Of a stretch of 53,107 bases of DNA, positions 23,667-35,980 are shown piece by piece; positions within the stretch are counted from its first letter, which is position 1, and each line of letters opens with the position of its first letter. The translations under genes and the position numbers were made by a program. Below the pieces are notes generated by a model. The model did no database searches. It was not told the origin of the DNA and saw nothing but the letters and a program-made list of their open reading frames with translations. Source of the DNA: Macrostomum lignano (taxonomy: Eukaryota); assembly GCA_002269645.1 (NCBI GenBank), contig NIVC01003241.1, positions 56,317 to 109,423 on the forward strand, read 5' to 3'.

Positions 23667-26600
23667 TCAGCACTCGGGCACACTGCAGTACTCCCATCTG
23701 GTGGGGGTAGCCGTGTAGCACCAGGGCCGGTCTCGCATGTAGTCAACGGGATTGCGACAGTTGTTACCTGTGAGTCCCGCCTCAGCGACGTACATGCTGG
23801 GCACGTGACAGCTGACACCTCTGGTGCCGCGAGTGCAGCGCTTCACAGACCAGGACTGGCAGGGCTTGCCACTGGCTGTGACGTTGGACGAACCGACGAA
23901 GTCCTCCTGCTGTCTGTAGCATTCTTTGTCTGTAAGGTTGACAGATGCACTGGTGAGGTTAGTTAATAGCGGGGAGTAGCTGCACCAGACACATTCACAC
24001 GCTAAATGAGGACCAAACTCTGTGTGAGCACGCCTGCAGACAGTATCGATTTGTGTCCGAAGCAAAAATGCATACATTTAAATAAATATTTGTCGTGTCA
24101 ACTGCAGGCAGATATGATGTTGCGTTTCACAAAACCATTTCTTAAAAGCTCGAAAGTTTATACATCATGTATGCTTAAAAAGATTTGCGTCTAAAATTTC
24201 GAGCCTTTTCGAGTTTCGAGCTTGTGAAGAATCGAGCATGTGAAGAATCGAGCTTGTGTGAAGAATCGAGCTTGTGAAAAGTCGAGCTTGTGAAGAATCG
24301 AGCATGTGAAGACTCGAGCTTGTGAAGAATCGAGCTTGTGAAGAATCGAGCTTGTGAAGAGTCGAGCTTGTGAAGAATCGTGCTTGTGAATTAAAGAATC
24401 GAGCTTGTGAAGAATCGAGCTTGTGAAGAGTCGAGCTTGTGAAGAATCGTGCTTGTGAATTAAAGAATCGAGCTTGTGAAAAGTCGAGCTTGTGAAGAAT
24501 CGAGCTTGTGAAGACTTAAGCTTGTGAAGAATCGAGCTTGTAAAGAATCGAGCTTGTGAAGAGTCGAGCTTGTGAAAAGTCGAGCTTGTGAAAAATCGAG
24601 CTTGTGAAGAATCGAGCTTGGGAAGAATCGAGCTTGTGAAGAATCGAGCTTGTCTAGTTTCGAGCTTGTGAAGAATCGAGTTTGTGAAGAATCGAGCTTG
24701 TAAAGAATCGAGCTTGTGAAGACTCGAGCTTGGGAAGACTCGAGCTTGGGAAGAATCTAGCTTGTGAAGAATCGAGCTTGTGAAGAATCGAGCTTGTGAA
24801 AAATCGAGCTTGTCTAGTTTCGAGCTTGTGAAGAATCGAGCTTGTGAAGAGTCGAGCTTGTAAAGAATCGAGCTTGTGAAGACTCGAGCTTGGGAAGACT
24901 CGAGCTTGGGAAGAATCTAGCTTGTGAAAAGTCGAGCTTGTGAAAAATCGAGCTTGTGAAGAGTCGAGCTTGTAAAGAATCGAGCTTGTGAAGACTCGAG
25001 CTTGGGAAGACTCGAGCTTGGGAAGAATCTAGCTTGGGAAGAATCGAGCTTGTGAAGACTTGAGCTTGGGAAGAATCGAGCTTGTGAAGAGTCGAGCTTG
25101 TAAAGAATCGAGCTTGTGAAGACTCGAGCTTGGGAAGACTCGAGCTTGGGAAGAATCTAGCTTGGGAAGAATCGAGCTTGTGTGAAGAATCGAGCTTGTG
25201 TGAAGAATCGAGCTTGTGTGAAGAATCGATCTTGTGAAGAATCGAGCTTGTGAAGAATCGAGCTTGTGAAGAATCGAGCTTGTGTAAAGAATCAAGCTTG
25301 TGAAGAGTCGAGCTTGTGAATATTCGAGCTTGTGAATAGTCGAGCTTGTGAAGAATCGAGCTTGTGAAGAATAGAGCTTGGGAAGAATCGAGCTTGTGAA
25401 GAGTCGAGCTTGTAAAGAATCGAGTTTGTGAAGACTCGAGCTTGGGAAGACTCGAGCTTGGGAAGAATCTAGCTTGGGAAGAATCTAGCTTGGGAAGAAT
25501 CGAGCTTGTGAAGACTTGAGCTTGTAAAGAATCGAGCTTGTGAAGACTCGAGCTTGGGAAGACTCGAGCTTGGGAAGAATCTAGCTTGGGAAGAATCGAG
25601 CTTGTGAAGACTTGAGCTTGTAAAGAATCGAGCTTGTGAAGACTCGAGCTTGGAAAGACTCGAGCTTGGGAAGAATCTAGCTTGGGAAAAATCGAGCTTG
25701 TGAAGACTTGAGCTTGGGAAGAATCGAGCTTGTGAAGAGTCGAGCTTGTAAAGAATCGAGCTTTTGAAGACTCGAGCTTGGGAAGACTCGAGCTTGGGAA
25801 GAATCTAGCTTGGGAAGAATCGAGCTTGTTGAAGACTTGAGCTTGTAAAGAATCGAGCTTGTGAAGACTCGAGCTTGGGAAGACTCGAGCTTGGGAAGAA
25901 TCTAGCTTGGGAAGAATCGAGCTTGTGAAGACTCGAGCTTGGGAAGAATCTAGCTTGGGAAGAATCGAGCTCGTGAAGACTTGAGCTTGTAAAGAATCGA
26001 GCTTGTGAAGACTCGAGCTTGGGAAGACTCGAGCTTGGGAAGAATCTAGCTTGGGAAGAATCGAGCTTGTGAAGACTTGAGCTTGGGAAGACTTGAGCTT
26101 GGGAAGAATCGAGCTTGTGAAAGTGACACGATGCCTACAATAGTTCGAGACAAACTTGTACAAACAATTGCTCCGTCAATAACTCACTAGCAGGCTCTCC
26201 GAACACCTGCACCTCAGCCAGAGTCAGGTAGGTTCTCTTGCGGCTCTCGATTCGCACAACGCTGCCAATCATGTTGCAGTCCAGAGTCCACACGGAGAAC
26301 GGGCCGCCCTTGTACTCGGCGCAGATGGCGTTGTCAACTTTGATAACAAAATTGTCCAGCCTGTTCGGACAGCAGTCCTGCCGATTGAAGATTCGAACTT
26401 GGGCGATGTAAGACGGCTTGTCTGTCTGAGCCTGCCACCAAGGACGCTGGTCCAGTTGAGTAGTGCTCATGCCGCTGATGGTCCAGCTCTGCTTTAAGTT
26501 TCCGTCAATTGCACCAGTGCAGAATGATTTGCCACGATAGTTGGAGCTCTGCTGGCACTTGGACAGGCGCAACTGGGCTGCAGTTTGGTTGGTTTACATT

Positions 26601-29600
26601 CACAATTTAGCATTGACTCAGCAACAGACTATTGATGTATGAAGGAAGCGCGAGCATTCAAAAGTGTAGTTAACTGTCGTGGCATTGTTGTTACCAACCG
26701 GTTGATGAAGTCTTAGGGCAGGTGAATCACCAATCGCTTTGCTTAACTTCTGTACCCTGTGACAGTTGGAGTCCAGGCAGAGGCAAAGCTAGGGGGCAAG
26801 GGGGCCGCGCTCCTGACTGGTTAAACATATGGGACCCCTTGCAGTAGCTTTGGTGCCCTTTGGTGCTGGCGCCCCTGGTGCTGACGTCCCTGGTGCTGAC
26901 GACCCTGGTGCTGGCGCCCCTGGTGCTGGCGCCCCTGGTGCTGGCGCCCTTGGTGCTGGCGCCCCGGGTGCTAAAGCCCCTGGTGCTAAAGCCCCTGGTG
27001 CTAAAGCCCCTGGTGCTAAAGCCCCTGGTGCTAAAGCCCCTGGTGCTAAAGCCCCTGGTGCTAAAGCCCCTGGTGCTAAAGCCCCTGGTGCTAAAGCCCC
27101 TGGTGCTAAAGCCCCTGGTGCTAAAGCCCCTGGTGCTAAAGCCCCTGGTGCTAAAGCAACTGGTGCTAAAGCCCCTTCTGAGAAATGAAAAGTTCTGAGT
27201 AGGCCCCCGAGTTAGGGGCCTAGAGGTTGGCGTTGCTGTTCCTGAGGTCATTATCATATATTCTTCAAAAAAATCTTCAGAAGACTCTAGCTACACAGGA
27301 ATAAATTCGCATAACTTGTGATCTAGAAAAACCGACCTGCTGAAATTATGGAAGCTAGGCGGGTTGTCTGCTAGGCGGGTTGTGCAGCTCACCCACTTTA
27401 GGGGTCGCAACAAACAAGCTCAGAGCGTACTAACCCTGATCGACTACGCTTAACTTGCCTAACTAGCTATAGTTTTTATATAGATAGAATGTAGCATAAG
27501 ACAGGCAACTTACAAGACATCGACGTGGGTCCATACTCGAATCCAAACACCTGCACCTCGGCCAGAGTCAGATAGGTTCGCTTCAAACTCTCAATACGCA
27601 GCACCCTGCCGTCCATGTCGCAGTTGAAAGATTTCACGCTGAACGAACTTTTGCTGTGGTACCGAGCGCATACCTGACCGTCGACCTTGATAACGAAGTT
27701 TGTCAGCCTGTCCGGGCAGCAGTACAGCCTGTTGAAGATGCGCACCCTTGAGAATCGAGTCACCTGTTCTGTCTGAGCCTCCCACCATGGGCGACGGTCA
27801 TTGTTAGTGGTGCTGTGACCGTGGATAGTCCATCTCTGGTTGGTGTTTCCCTCGATAGCCCGGTGCAGCGGGACTTTCCGCGATAGTCGGAGCTCTGCCG
27901 GCAGTTGCGCAGCTTCAGTCGGACTGGGTGCACTGGTTAACAGGAATAAAACACAGAATTTTGGTTTTGGACGATGTAGGGCGTAGGCCGTGCGCTGCAC
28001 TCTCTGCCCCACATTATTATTCATGACTCATTCTCTCGCCTAAACTTGTTTACCAATTCTCGACCAATCGCGCATCGCTGCACCCCCCCCCACAATATTG
28101 ACTAATAAATATATTGAGTAAACAGAGCCATACAGAGGCCACCTTTTCGGCACGCAAACCCAGACTTCACATTGATCCTGCTTGCGACGCAAATGGGCAA
28201 TGGTTCAAAAAAGGACAATTCATTTCGCTTACACGCCGCTTCCTCCTGCGGCAGCAGCTTCCCGAACACCTGCACCTCAGCCAGTGTCAGGTAAGTTCTC
28301 TTGCGGCTCTCAATTCGCACAGTCCTGCCCGACTTGTTGCAGTCGAACGTCCACACGGAGAACGGGCCGCTGTTGTACCTAGCGCAGACCTCGTCGTCGA
28401 CTTTGATGACGAAGTCTCCCAGCCTCTCGGGACAGCAGTCCTGCCGGTTGAAGATCCTGACGCGGTTGATCCTGGCGGGTGCCTCGGTTCGAGCCTCCCA
28501 CCAGGGGTTGGCATCGTTTCGAGTGATGGCCATTGGAGCTCTGGCTGACAGCCGCTGCCTCGTGACTCCATCGATAGCTTTTGAGCACGTTTGACGCGAA
28601 TTGTAGTTGGAGCTCTGCGAGCAGTCGGACAGCTTTAGCAGGCCTGAAATTGATTCGATGAGTTTGACAGGGCAACATTTCGAATTTTCGAAACTTATTG
28701 CTCGTAGCAACTAGTAGTCCAGCATACCTTGCGCATTAGTCTGTGGCAGCATAATTCCAAACACCTGCACCTCAGCCAAAGTCAGGTAAGTTCGCTTCAT
28801 ACTCTCAATGCGAATAACCCGGCCTTTTCGGTTGCACTTGAATGTTTTCGATTTAAACGATTTCGAACTGCGGTACCGAGCGCACACGCGACCGTCCACC
28901 TTGATCAGGAAGTTGTTGAGCCTCTCCGGGCAGCAGTCCCGCCTGTTAAAGATGCGCACCTTCTTAATCTGAGTCGCCTCATCTAATTGAGTCTCCCACC
29001 ACGGCTTAGCATCGTTGTTAGTCGTGCTCTGAGTTGCCGCCGACCAAACTCGCTTGTTGATTCCGTCGATGGCTCCTGTACACCGCGAGATGCCGTTGTA
29101 ATCGGAGCTCTGACGACAGTTTCTCAGGCGCAACTTTACTGGTCGAGCTGAAATTAGTTGAGTTCAATATTGGCATAAGATTAGTCAAAATGAAGAATCT
29201 TAATCGACTCCCACAACCTTCCTGAGCACAATACAAGCGCGCCAATACTGTACACAGGCGCGCATTTGTGTACAGCGGCTCTTTACACCCTTTGTGCCTT
29301 GGGGCTTGGCCTATTGGGCAAATGATTATTGCACACAAGCTCGAGGTTAATGTGGCCACGCAAGGAATCGAACCAGGGATCTCGATGGCGCGAGACTCAG
29401 ACGCTGATCTGCTCTTGTATAAAAGGCCCCAATAAATAGATATACTAAGTTTTTTATCATAAAAATCTACATACGACCAGTTTTCAAGGCCTCTCCAAAC
29501 ACCTGCACCTCGGCCAGTGTCAGGTAGGTTGCTTTTCGGCTCTCGATTCGCACAACGCTGCCAACTTTGTTGCAGTTGAACGTCCACACGGAGAAGGCAG

Positions 29601-30611
29601 CGAAGCTGTTGTACTGGGCGCAGACTTTGCCATCAACTTTGATGACGAACTTGTTGAGCCTGTTCGGGCAGCAGTCGAGTCTGTTGAAGATTCGAACCTG
29701 CATGATCTTCGATGGCACCTTGGTGCGAGCTTGCCACCAGGGTCTCGGGTCGCGGTTGGTAGTGCTCATGCCAGTAAAAGTCCAATGCTGTTTGGTGTTG
29801 CCATCGATGGCCCCGGTGCATTTGGATCGGCCCAAATAGTTGGAGCTCTGAGCGCAGTCAGACAGGGGAATCGGCGCTGAAAAATGGTTAAAAATGGTCA
29901 CAGCAATGCAGAGTTAAGTGTCTTGCTCAAGGACAAAAATTGTTCCAAGAGGGTCGAGAATCGAACCCCATGAACTTTCATTGTATATACCAGCGTCATT
30001 CTATTTGTGTGACTCCCTCTTACGTGCTGCAGTGGCTGGTCCCATGGCCACTCCGTACACCTGGACTTCCGCCAGCGTCAGAAACGTGCGAATCCTGCTC
30101 TCAATTCGTAGAATTCGACCCTTCCGATTGCAGCTGAACGCTTTCACGGAGAACGACGTTTTTCTCTTGTACCGAGCGCAGACATGGCCATCGACCTTGA
30201 TAACAAAGTTTGTCAGCCTGTCCGGACAGCAGTACAGCCTGTTGAAGATGCGCACCTTAGTGAAATAAGTCAGCTGCTCAACTTGAGTCTCCACCACGGT
30301 CGAGCATCCTGGTTTGTGGTGCTGTGACCGTGGATAGTCCATCTCTGGTTGGTGTTTCCATCGATAGCGCCGGTGCACCTCGAGATGCCGTTGTAGTCAG
30401 AGCTCTGCCGGCAGTTGCGCAGGTGCAGCCGTACCGCTTTCTCTAAAAACCAAGATATTTATGTTTTATTATTCGATTAGTTTAGATAAATATGACTGAT
30501 ATTGGCTGCTAATGGTAATTATAACAACTTACTAGTGCTGGTAGCTCCTGCTAGAGCCACAACCAGTAACAGAACACCGCATAGGCCAATGTAGCGCCCA
30601 GATCGTCTCAT
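23667..30611 (-). CDS. Secreted protein with six F-type lectin (fucolectin/FTP, F5/8C-like) domains and a C-terminal kringle
   Basis: Exons complement(30533-30611 signal peptide MRRSGRYIGLCGVLLLVVALAGATST; 30024-30442; 29475-29876; 28728-29147; 28233-28643; 27514-27932; 26188-26577; 23667-23929 kringle), all introns phase 1. Each middle exon has QSS, AIDG, PWW, NRxDCC/NRLYCC and LTLAEVQV. The kringle has CY, SGKPCQSW, NNCRNP, PWCY, WEYC.VPEC. Two exons are 419 nt (1 nt short, -1 frameshifts at ~30291 and ~27860). Confidence 0.9.
24215..26120. repeat. 16-bp satellite (TCGAGCTTGTGAAGAA), roughly 115 copies, in the last intron of the lectin-kringle gene
   Basis: Direct reading. Variant blocks (GGAAGACTCGAG, GGAAGAATCTAG) recur in higher-order groups. 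Confidence 0.97.
26862..27175. repeat. 15-bp intronic minisatellite (GGTGCTAAAGCCCCT), about 20 copies
   Basis: Direct reading; lies between FTP exons 5 and 6. Confidence 0.95.
29890..29975 (+). mobile_element. L2/MIR-type retroposon 3' tail fragment
   Basis: GCAATGCAGAGTTAAGTGTCTTGCTCAAGGAC...GAGAATCGAACCC is nearly identical to 47958-48030 and resembles the conserved L2-clade/SINE tail (from memory, not searched). Confidence 0.55.
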
Positions 30612-31550
30612 TTCTCACCTTTTCTGTTTCGTTAAAAAGCTCAAACAGCCCCTATTCTCTTCTCAAATTTGAAGCCTTTCGATTTTGAAACGGATTATAT
30701 AAAGAAACGCTACACGAAGAAAGAAAAAGCGCAGATCTGCTTACTGGCTGACAGTCAGCAAAAATTTCTGCAGACATTACCGACGCTAAACACTTGCGCC
30801 GGAATCGCTTCGTGTCAGGAGCATCAGCACAGCGAACTGTGCTCCCCTCCCCAGCAACCTATGCTTTGCAATTCTCTGCAATTGTATTGAAATTGTTTGC
30901 CAATCTATATTCTTCAGAAGCGGCTAATATTCGCTCTCGTCTTTGCATTGACTTTGAAAGTTTCTCGCCTCTTTAGCAGCTCAAGAGTCTTCTTGAATCT
31001 GCGTTCCTTATGGACAAGTTCCAGGCCATGCATTGAAGCGATATCAAAGGAAGTTCAGTCAGACGAAAGAAGTTGTGTGTGTTTTCGGGGGGGGGGGTAA
31101 AAGCTGTCTTCTTAACACATTAACTTTTCCACAGAATAAAAGCAAAAAAGTAACTCGCAGAACTTTCATTTTTTGCTTTTCTAAAGACTTGTTTTTCTTC
31201 CAAAACTTTTACAGGGTTATAAAAATAGCCTCCACTGATCATATTTCTGTTTTAAAGAGCCAGTACCAACCTTTTTGGCAATATGCTATTGGTCAAATGT
31301 TACGAATCAATGTATTGTGTTATCTACGAGTAGTTGATCATAAGTTCTCTCTCTTCTCTTTCTCCGCTCGCCCACTGCAGAGAGTGTCTATGGCCAAAAG
31401 GCTGTCGATCCACTGCCGAGACTGTCTATGGTAAATCCTCACTTGATGCTATGCTAACTGCAACACGAATAAAGGTGTACTCGTACAACTAGTCTATAAA
31501 TAAAACAAAAATTAACTTTACGTCTTTTGCTTCATAAGATTATAAATAAC

Positions 31551-32298
31551 CAAAGAGTATTGAGGTCGCCTAGTATAGAGTGCCAATAAGGATGAATATC
31601 TGAAGCCGATTTTTAGAATCCACCCACCCCCTCCGGTCACCAAGCTTCTTAGTCTATGGCACAAGTTGTGGCTAGAATGGTGTACAAAGCCGATGCTCAG
31701 AAATATACATAGAGTGCATGAGAAAAATACAAGTAGCTAATGTAGCTGGACGAATACCGTGTATGCTTAAAACGTCCTCAAGACTTTATTTCTGTATCTA
31801 TACTGTAACCGTACGTACATTTCGTTGTTCTATACTGCATTGTGTAAGGAGAAAATAAGTTGAGCAGGATTCTTGCAGTAGAGTCGGAAAGACAGAAAAC
31901 ATAAGTGATAAACAGGCAGAGTGAAGGTCCTTGAAAGGCAGACGAAAGAAGGATACAGATGCATCAGGAACGCAGTTAGTGCAATCAGCTACCACGCACT
32001 TTAGTGGCATGGCTGTTGTTGTTCAGACGTAAGGACTATGGCTGTTACGGAGTTGTGTATCGACGACGGCAACTGAGTCTGGTGACTGAGCGATGTTGTC
32101 TTGCGTATTTGATACATGCATTTTCTAAGTGTGAAATGTCTTATATTTCTGAGCATCGGCTTTGTACACCATTCTAGCCACAACTTGTGCCATAGACTAA
32201 ACAGCTTGGTGACCGGAGGGGGTGGGTGGATTCTAAAGATCGGCTTCAGATTTTCATCCTTATTGGCACTCTATACTAAGCGACCTCAATACTCTTTG
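31551..32298. mobile_element. P-element-superfamily non-autonomous derivative with 157-bp TIRs, 8-bp TSD and internal THAP remnant
   Basis: TIRs 31551-31707 / 32142-32298 begin CAAAG (CANRG consensus). Exact TSD TAAATAAC (31543-50, 32299-306). Internal minus-strand ORF MPLKCVVADCTN...SFFRLP. Confidence 0.88.
31798..32010 (-). pseudogene. Truncated THAP zinc-finger (transposase N-terminus)
   Basis: M-P-x-x-C-x-V-x-x-C-x-N...SFFRLP matches the THAP start. The conserved Trp is missing and CSxHF appears only as degenerate CSTYF. No catalytic domain follows. Confidence 0.7.
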
Positions 32299-32781
32299 TA
32301 AATAACCGTGTTTAAACTGTTTGAGGCGCTACAGAGTTAAGGCAAGACAGTTCTGGAACTTTTGAAAAACCACTAATAAATCCAAATTCAATTACAATAC
32401 AGGTGATTTAATGCAGCAGTAGGTCTTGTTTAATCCAAGAATGCAACAAGAACGCATATTGCACCACCGATCCACAGCTATAAACATCTGCGTTATCCTT
32501 AGTTATTATAAATAAAAGCTTGCGAAATTTTGAAATTAGACACACTAGCATATTCTGTAGTTTGCTTAAGTTCGGCTAAGGCCAACGCTAACGCTATAAT
32601 TATAGTCTACAGCAAATAATATAAACAGTGTGACAGATAAGAGGCCGCCAGCCAAGTATGATAAAAAATAATACTTGTGAATCTGTTTTCGATAAATACT
32701 GAAAATACGTTTTATTGCTTTGATTTAGCGAGACACCGATATGTTGATTTCTCAGTTGCAGGAATTAACATTGAAAAAGAA

Positions 32782-34840
32782 TGACCACACAACAGACACT
32801 AGAATGAACTCACGGCAGACATTAAAGTGACCCCACAACAGACACTAGAGAGTGACCCCACAACAGGCACTAGAGTTGACCCCACATAACACACTAGAGA
32901 GAGACCCCACATCAGACACTAGAGTGACCCACAACAGACACTAGAGAGTGACCCCACAACAGACACTATAGTAACCCCACATCAGACACTAGAGTGACCC
33001 ACAACAGACACTAGAGAGTGACCCCACAACAGACACTATAGTAACCCCACATCAGACACTAGAGTGACCCACAACAGACACTAGAGAGTGACCCCACAAC
33101 AGACACTATAGTAACCCCACATCAGACACTAGAGAGTGACCCCACATCAGACACTAGAGAGTGACCCCACATCAGACACTAGAGAGTGACCCCACATTAG
33201 ACACTAGAGAGTGACCCAACATCAGACACTAGAGAGTGACCCCACAACAGGCACTAGAGTTGACCCCACATAACACACTAGAGAGAGACCCCACATCAGA
33301 CACTAGAGTGACCCACAACAGACACTAGAGAGTGACCCCACAACAGACACTATAGTAACCCCACATCAGACACTAGAGTGACCCACAACAGACACTAGAG
33401 AGTGACCCCACAACAGACACTATAGTAACCCCACATCAGACACTAGAGAGAGTGACCCCACATCAGACACTAGAGAGTGACCCCACATCAGACACTAGAG
33501 AGTGACCCCACATTAGACACTAGAGAGTGACCCAACATCAGACACTAGAGAGTGACCCCACATCAGACACTAGAGTGACCCCACAGCAGACACTAGAGAG
33601 TGACCCCCAACATACACTAGAGTGACCCCACATTAGACACTAGAGAGTGACCCAACATCAGACACTAGAGAGTGACCCCACATCAGACACTAGAGAGTGA
33701 CCCCACATTAGACACTAGAGAGTGACCCAACATCAGACACTAGAGTGACCCACAACAGACACTAGAGAGTGACCCCACAGCAGACACTAGAGAGTGACCC
33801 CACATCAGACACTAGAGTGACCCCACAGCAGACACTAGAGAGTGACCCCCAACATACACTAGAGTGACCCCACATTAGACACTAGAGAGTGACCCAACAT
33901 CAGACACTAGAGAGTGACCCCACATCAGACACTAGAGAGCGACCCCACATCAGACACTAGAGAGTGACCCCACATCAGACACTATAGAGTGACCCCACAT
34001 CAGACACTATAGAGTGACCCCACATCAGACACTATAGAGTGACTCCACATCAGACACTAGAGAGTGACCCCACATCAGACACTATAGAGTGACTCCACAT
34101 CAGACACTATAGAGTGACTCCACATCAGACACTAGAGAGTGACCCCACATCAGACACTAGAGAGCGACCCCACATCAGACACTAGAGAGTGACCCCACAT
34201 CAGACACTAGAGAGTGACCCCACATCAGACACTAGAGAGCGACCCCACATCAGACACTAGAGAGTGACCCCACATCAGACACTATAGAGTGACTCCACAT
34301 CAGACACTATAGAGTGACCCCACATCAGACACTATAGAGTGACCCCACATCAGACACTATAGAGTGACTCCACATCAGACACTATAGAGTGACTCCACAT
34401 CAGACACTATAGAGTGACTCCACATCAGACACTAGAGAGTGACCCCACATCAGACACTATAGAGTGACTCCACATCAGACACTATAGAGTGACTCCACAT
34501 CAGACACTAGAGAGCGACCCCACATCAGACACTAGAGAGCGACCCCACATCAGACACTATAGAGTGACTCCACATCAGACACTATAGAGTGACTCCACAT
34601 CAGACACTAGAGAGCGACCCCACATCAGACACTAGAGAGCGACCCCACATCAGACACTAGAGAGTGACCCCACATCAGACACTATAGAGTGACCCCACAT
34701 CAGACACTATAGAGTGACCCCACATCAGACACTATAGAGTGACCCCACATCAGACATCAGAGTGACCCCACATCAGACACTAGAGAGTGACCCCACAACA
34801 GACATCAGAGTGACCCCACAACAGACATCAGAGTGACCCC
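32782..34840. repeat. 23-25-bp satellite (CAGACACTAGAGAGTGACCCCACAT), about 80 copies
   Basis: Direct reading; variant composition changes from left to right. Confidence 0.97.
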
Positions 34841-34918
34841 TGGGCATTAGTAAGTCTGATTTTGACTGTAACCTGCGATGACAAAAGCAGAAGCCAAGTA
34901 CCTACTCAGCTGGAGCAG

Positions 34919-35359
34919 TCAGCACTTCTGTGCGCAGTCATCCAGCTGACCTGTCAGCCTGTCAAAAGCTTCGCCCAGCTGGGCAGCCTGACGCTTTGTT
35001 GCGGCGAGTTCTCCAGCAGCGACAGCAAGCTCGGTGCCGCGGCGAGCCAGACTGTCCGACATCTCCCGCCGATCGTGAGCCAGTTTAGCCACCCCAGCTT
35101 CAATGGAGTCCAGGCATCGTTGAAGTCGTTGGACGCCCATCAGAGCAGCTCGAATCTGCTGGCCATTGTGACAGTTGACCAGCTGCCAATTCGCCAGCTG
35201 ACGGTGGCCGCCAGATGAGGAATGATCGGTAAAGCCCGGCTCCGAGCGCATCCGGCGCAGTGGCGGATGCTGCGGTTGCTGCTGATGCTGCTGATGCTGC
35301 AGGTCGCCTGGTGCAGCTCGGCGACAGGCAGTGCGGAACGATGCTCGATAGGGGTCCAT
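34919..35359 (-). CDS. Small hypothetical protein with Q/H-rich linker and C-terminal coiled coil (146 aa)
   Basis: GC-rich coding-like ORF between two satellites with heptad-like LDSIEAGVAKLAHDRREMSDSLARRGTELA. Candidate upstream acceptor near 35420. No family recognised; start and end are uncertain. Confidence 0.45.
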   Translation of the reverse strand: MDPYRASFRTACRRAAPGDLQHQQHQQQPQHPPLRRMRSEPGFTDHSSSGGHRQLANWQLVNCHNGQQIRAALMGVQRLQRCLDSIEAGVAKLAHDRREMSDSLARRGTELAVAAGELAATKRQAAQLGEAFDRLTGQLDDCAQKC

Positions 35360-35464
35360 GCTGAGGGCTGCATGGCGAAATCATGAGAAGGTCGAAGGTG
35401 TGAAACAATTCAATCTTTCTGTGCTGTCGAGTATCAGTTAAACTATTTTATCTGGGCTTTTCGT

Positions 35465-35980
35465 AAGCTCGATTCTTCACAAGCTCGATTCTTCACAAGC
35501 TCGATTCTTCACAAGCTCGATTCTTGACAAGCTCGATTCTTCACAAGCTCGATTCTTCACAAGCTCGAGTCTTCACAAGCTCGATTCTTCACAAGCTCGA
35601 TTCTTCACAAGCTCGATTCTTCACAAGCTCGAGTCTTCACAAGCTCGATTCTTCACAAGCTCGATTCTTCACAAGCTCGATTCTTCACAAGCTCGATTCT
35701 TCACAAGCTCGATTCTTCACAAGCTCGAGTCTTCACAAGCTCGATTCTTCACAAGCTCGATTCTTCACAAGCTCGAGTCTTCACAAGCTCGATTCTTCGC
35801 AAGCTTGAGTCTTCACAAGCTCGATTCTTCACAAGCTCGAGTCTTCACAAGCTCGACTCTTCGCAAGCTCGAGTCTTCACAAGCTCGATTTTTCACAAGC
35901 TCGACTCTTCACAAGCTCTATTCTTCACAAGCTCGAGTCTTCACAAGCTCGATTCTTCACATAACCTCGATTCTTCACAA
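35465..35980. repeat. 16-bp satellite (TTCTTCACAAGCTCGA), about 32 copies; reverse complement of the 24215-26120 array
   Basis: Direct reading. One to two further units resume at 37045-37070 after the LTR. Confidence 0.97.

Noticed and set aside
23950-23951. Alternative acceptor for the kringle exon (CTCACCAG)
   Set aside because: It gives phase 2, incompatible with the phase-1 donor at 26187. The acceptor at 23930-31 fits.
24814-26163. 449-aa Ser/Leu-rich ORF
   Set aside because: Translation of the 16-bp satellite; the same applies to 35524-35996.
26829-27188. GAPGA/GAKAP ORF resembling collagen or silk
   Set aside because: Period is 5 aa, not Gly-X-Y. It is a 15-bp minisatellite antisense within a lectin intron, with no signal peptide or splice support.
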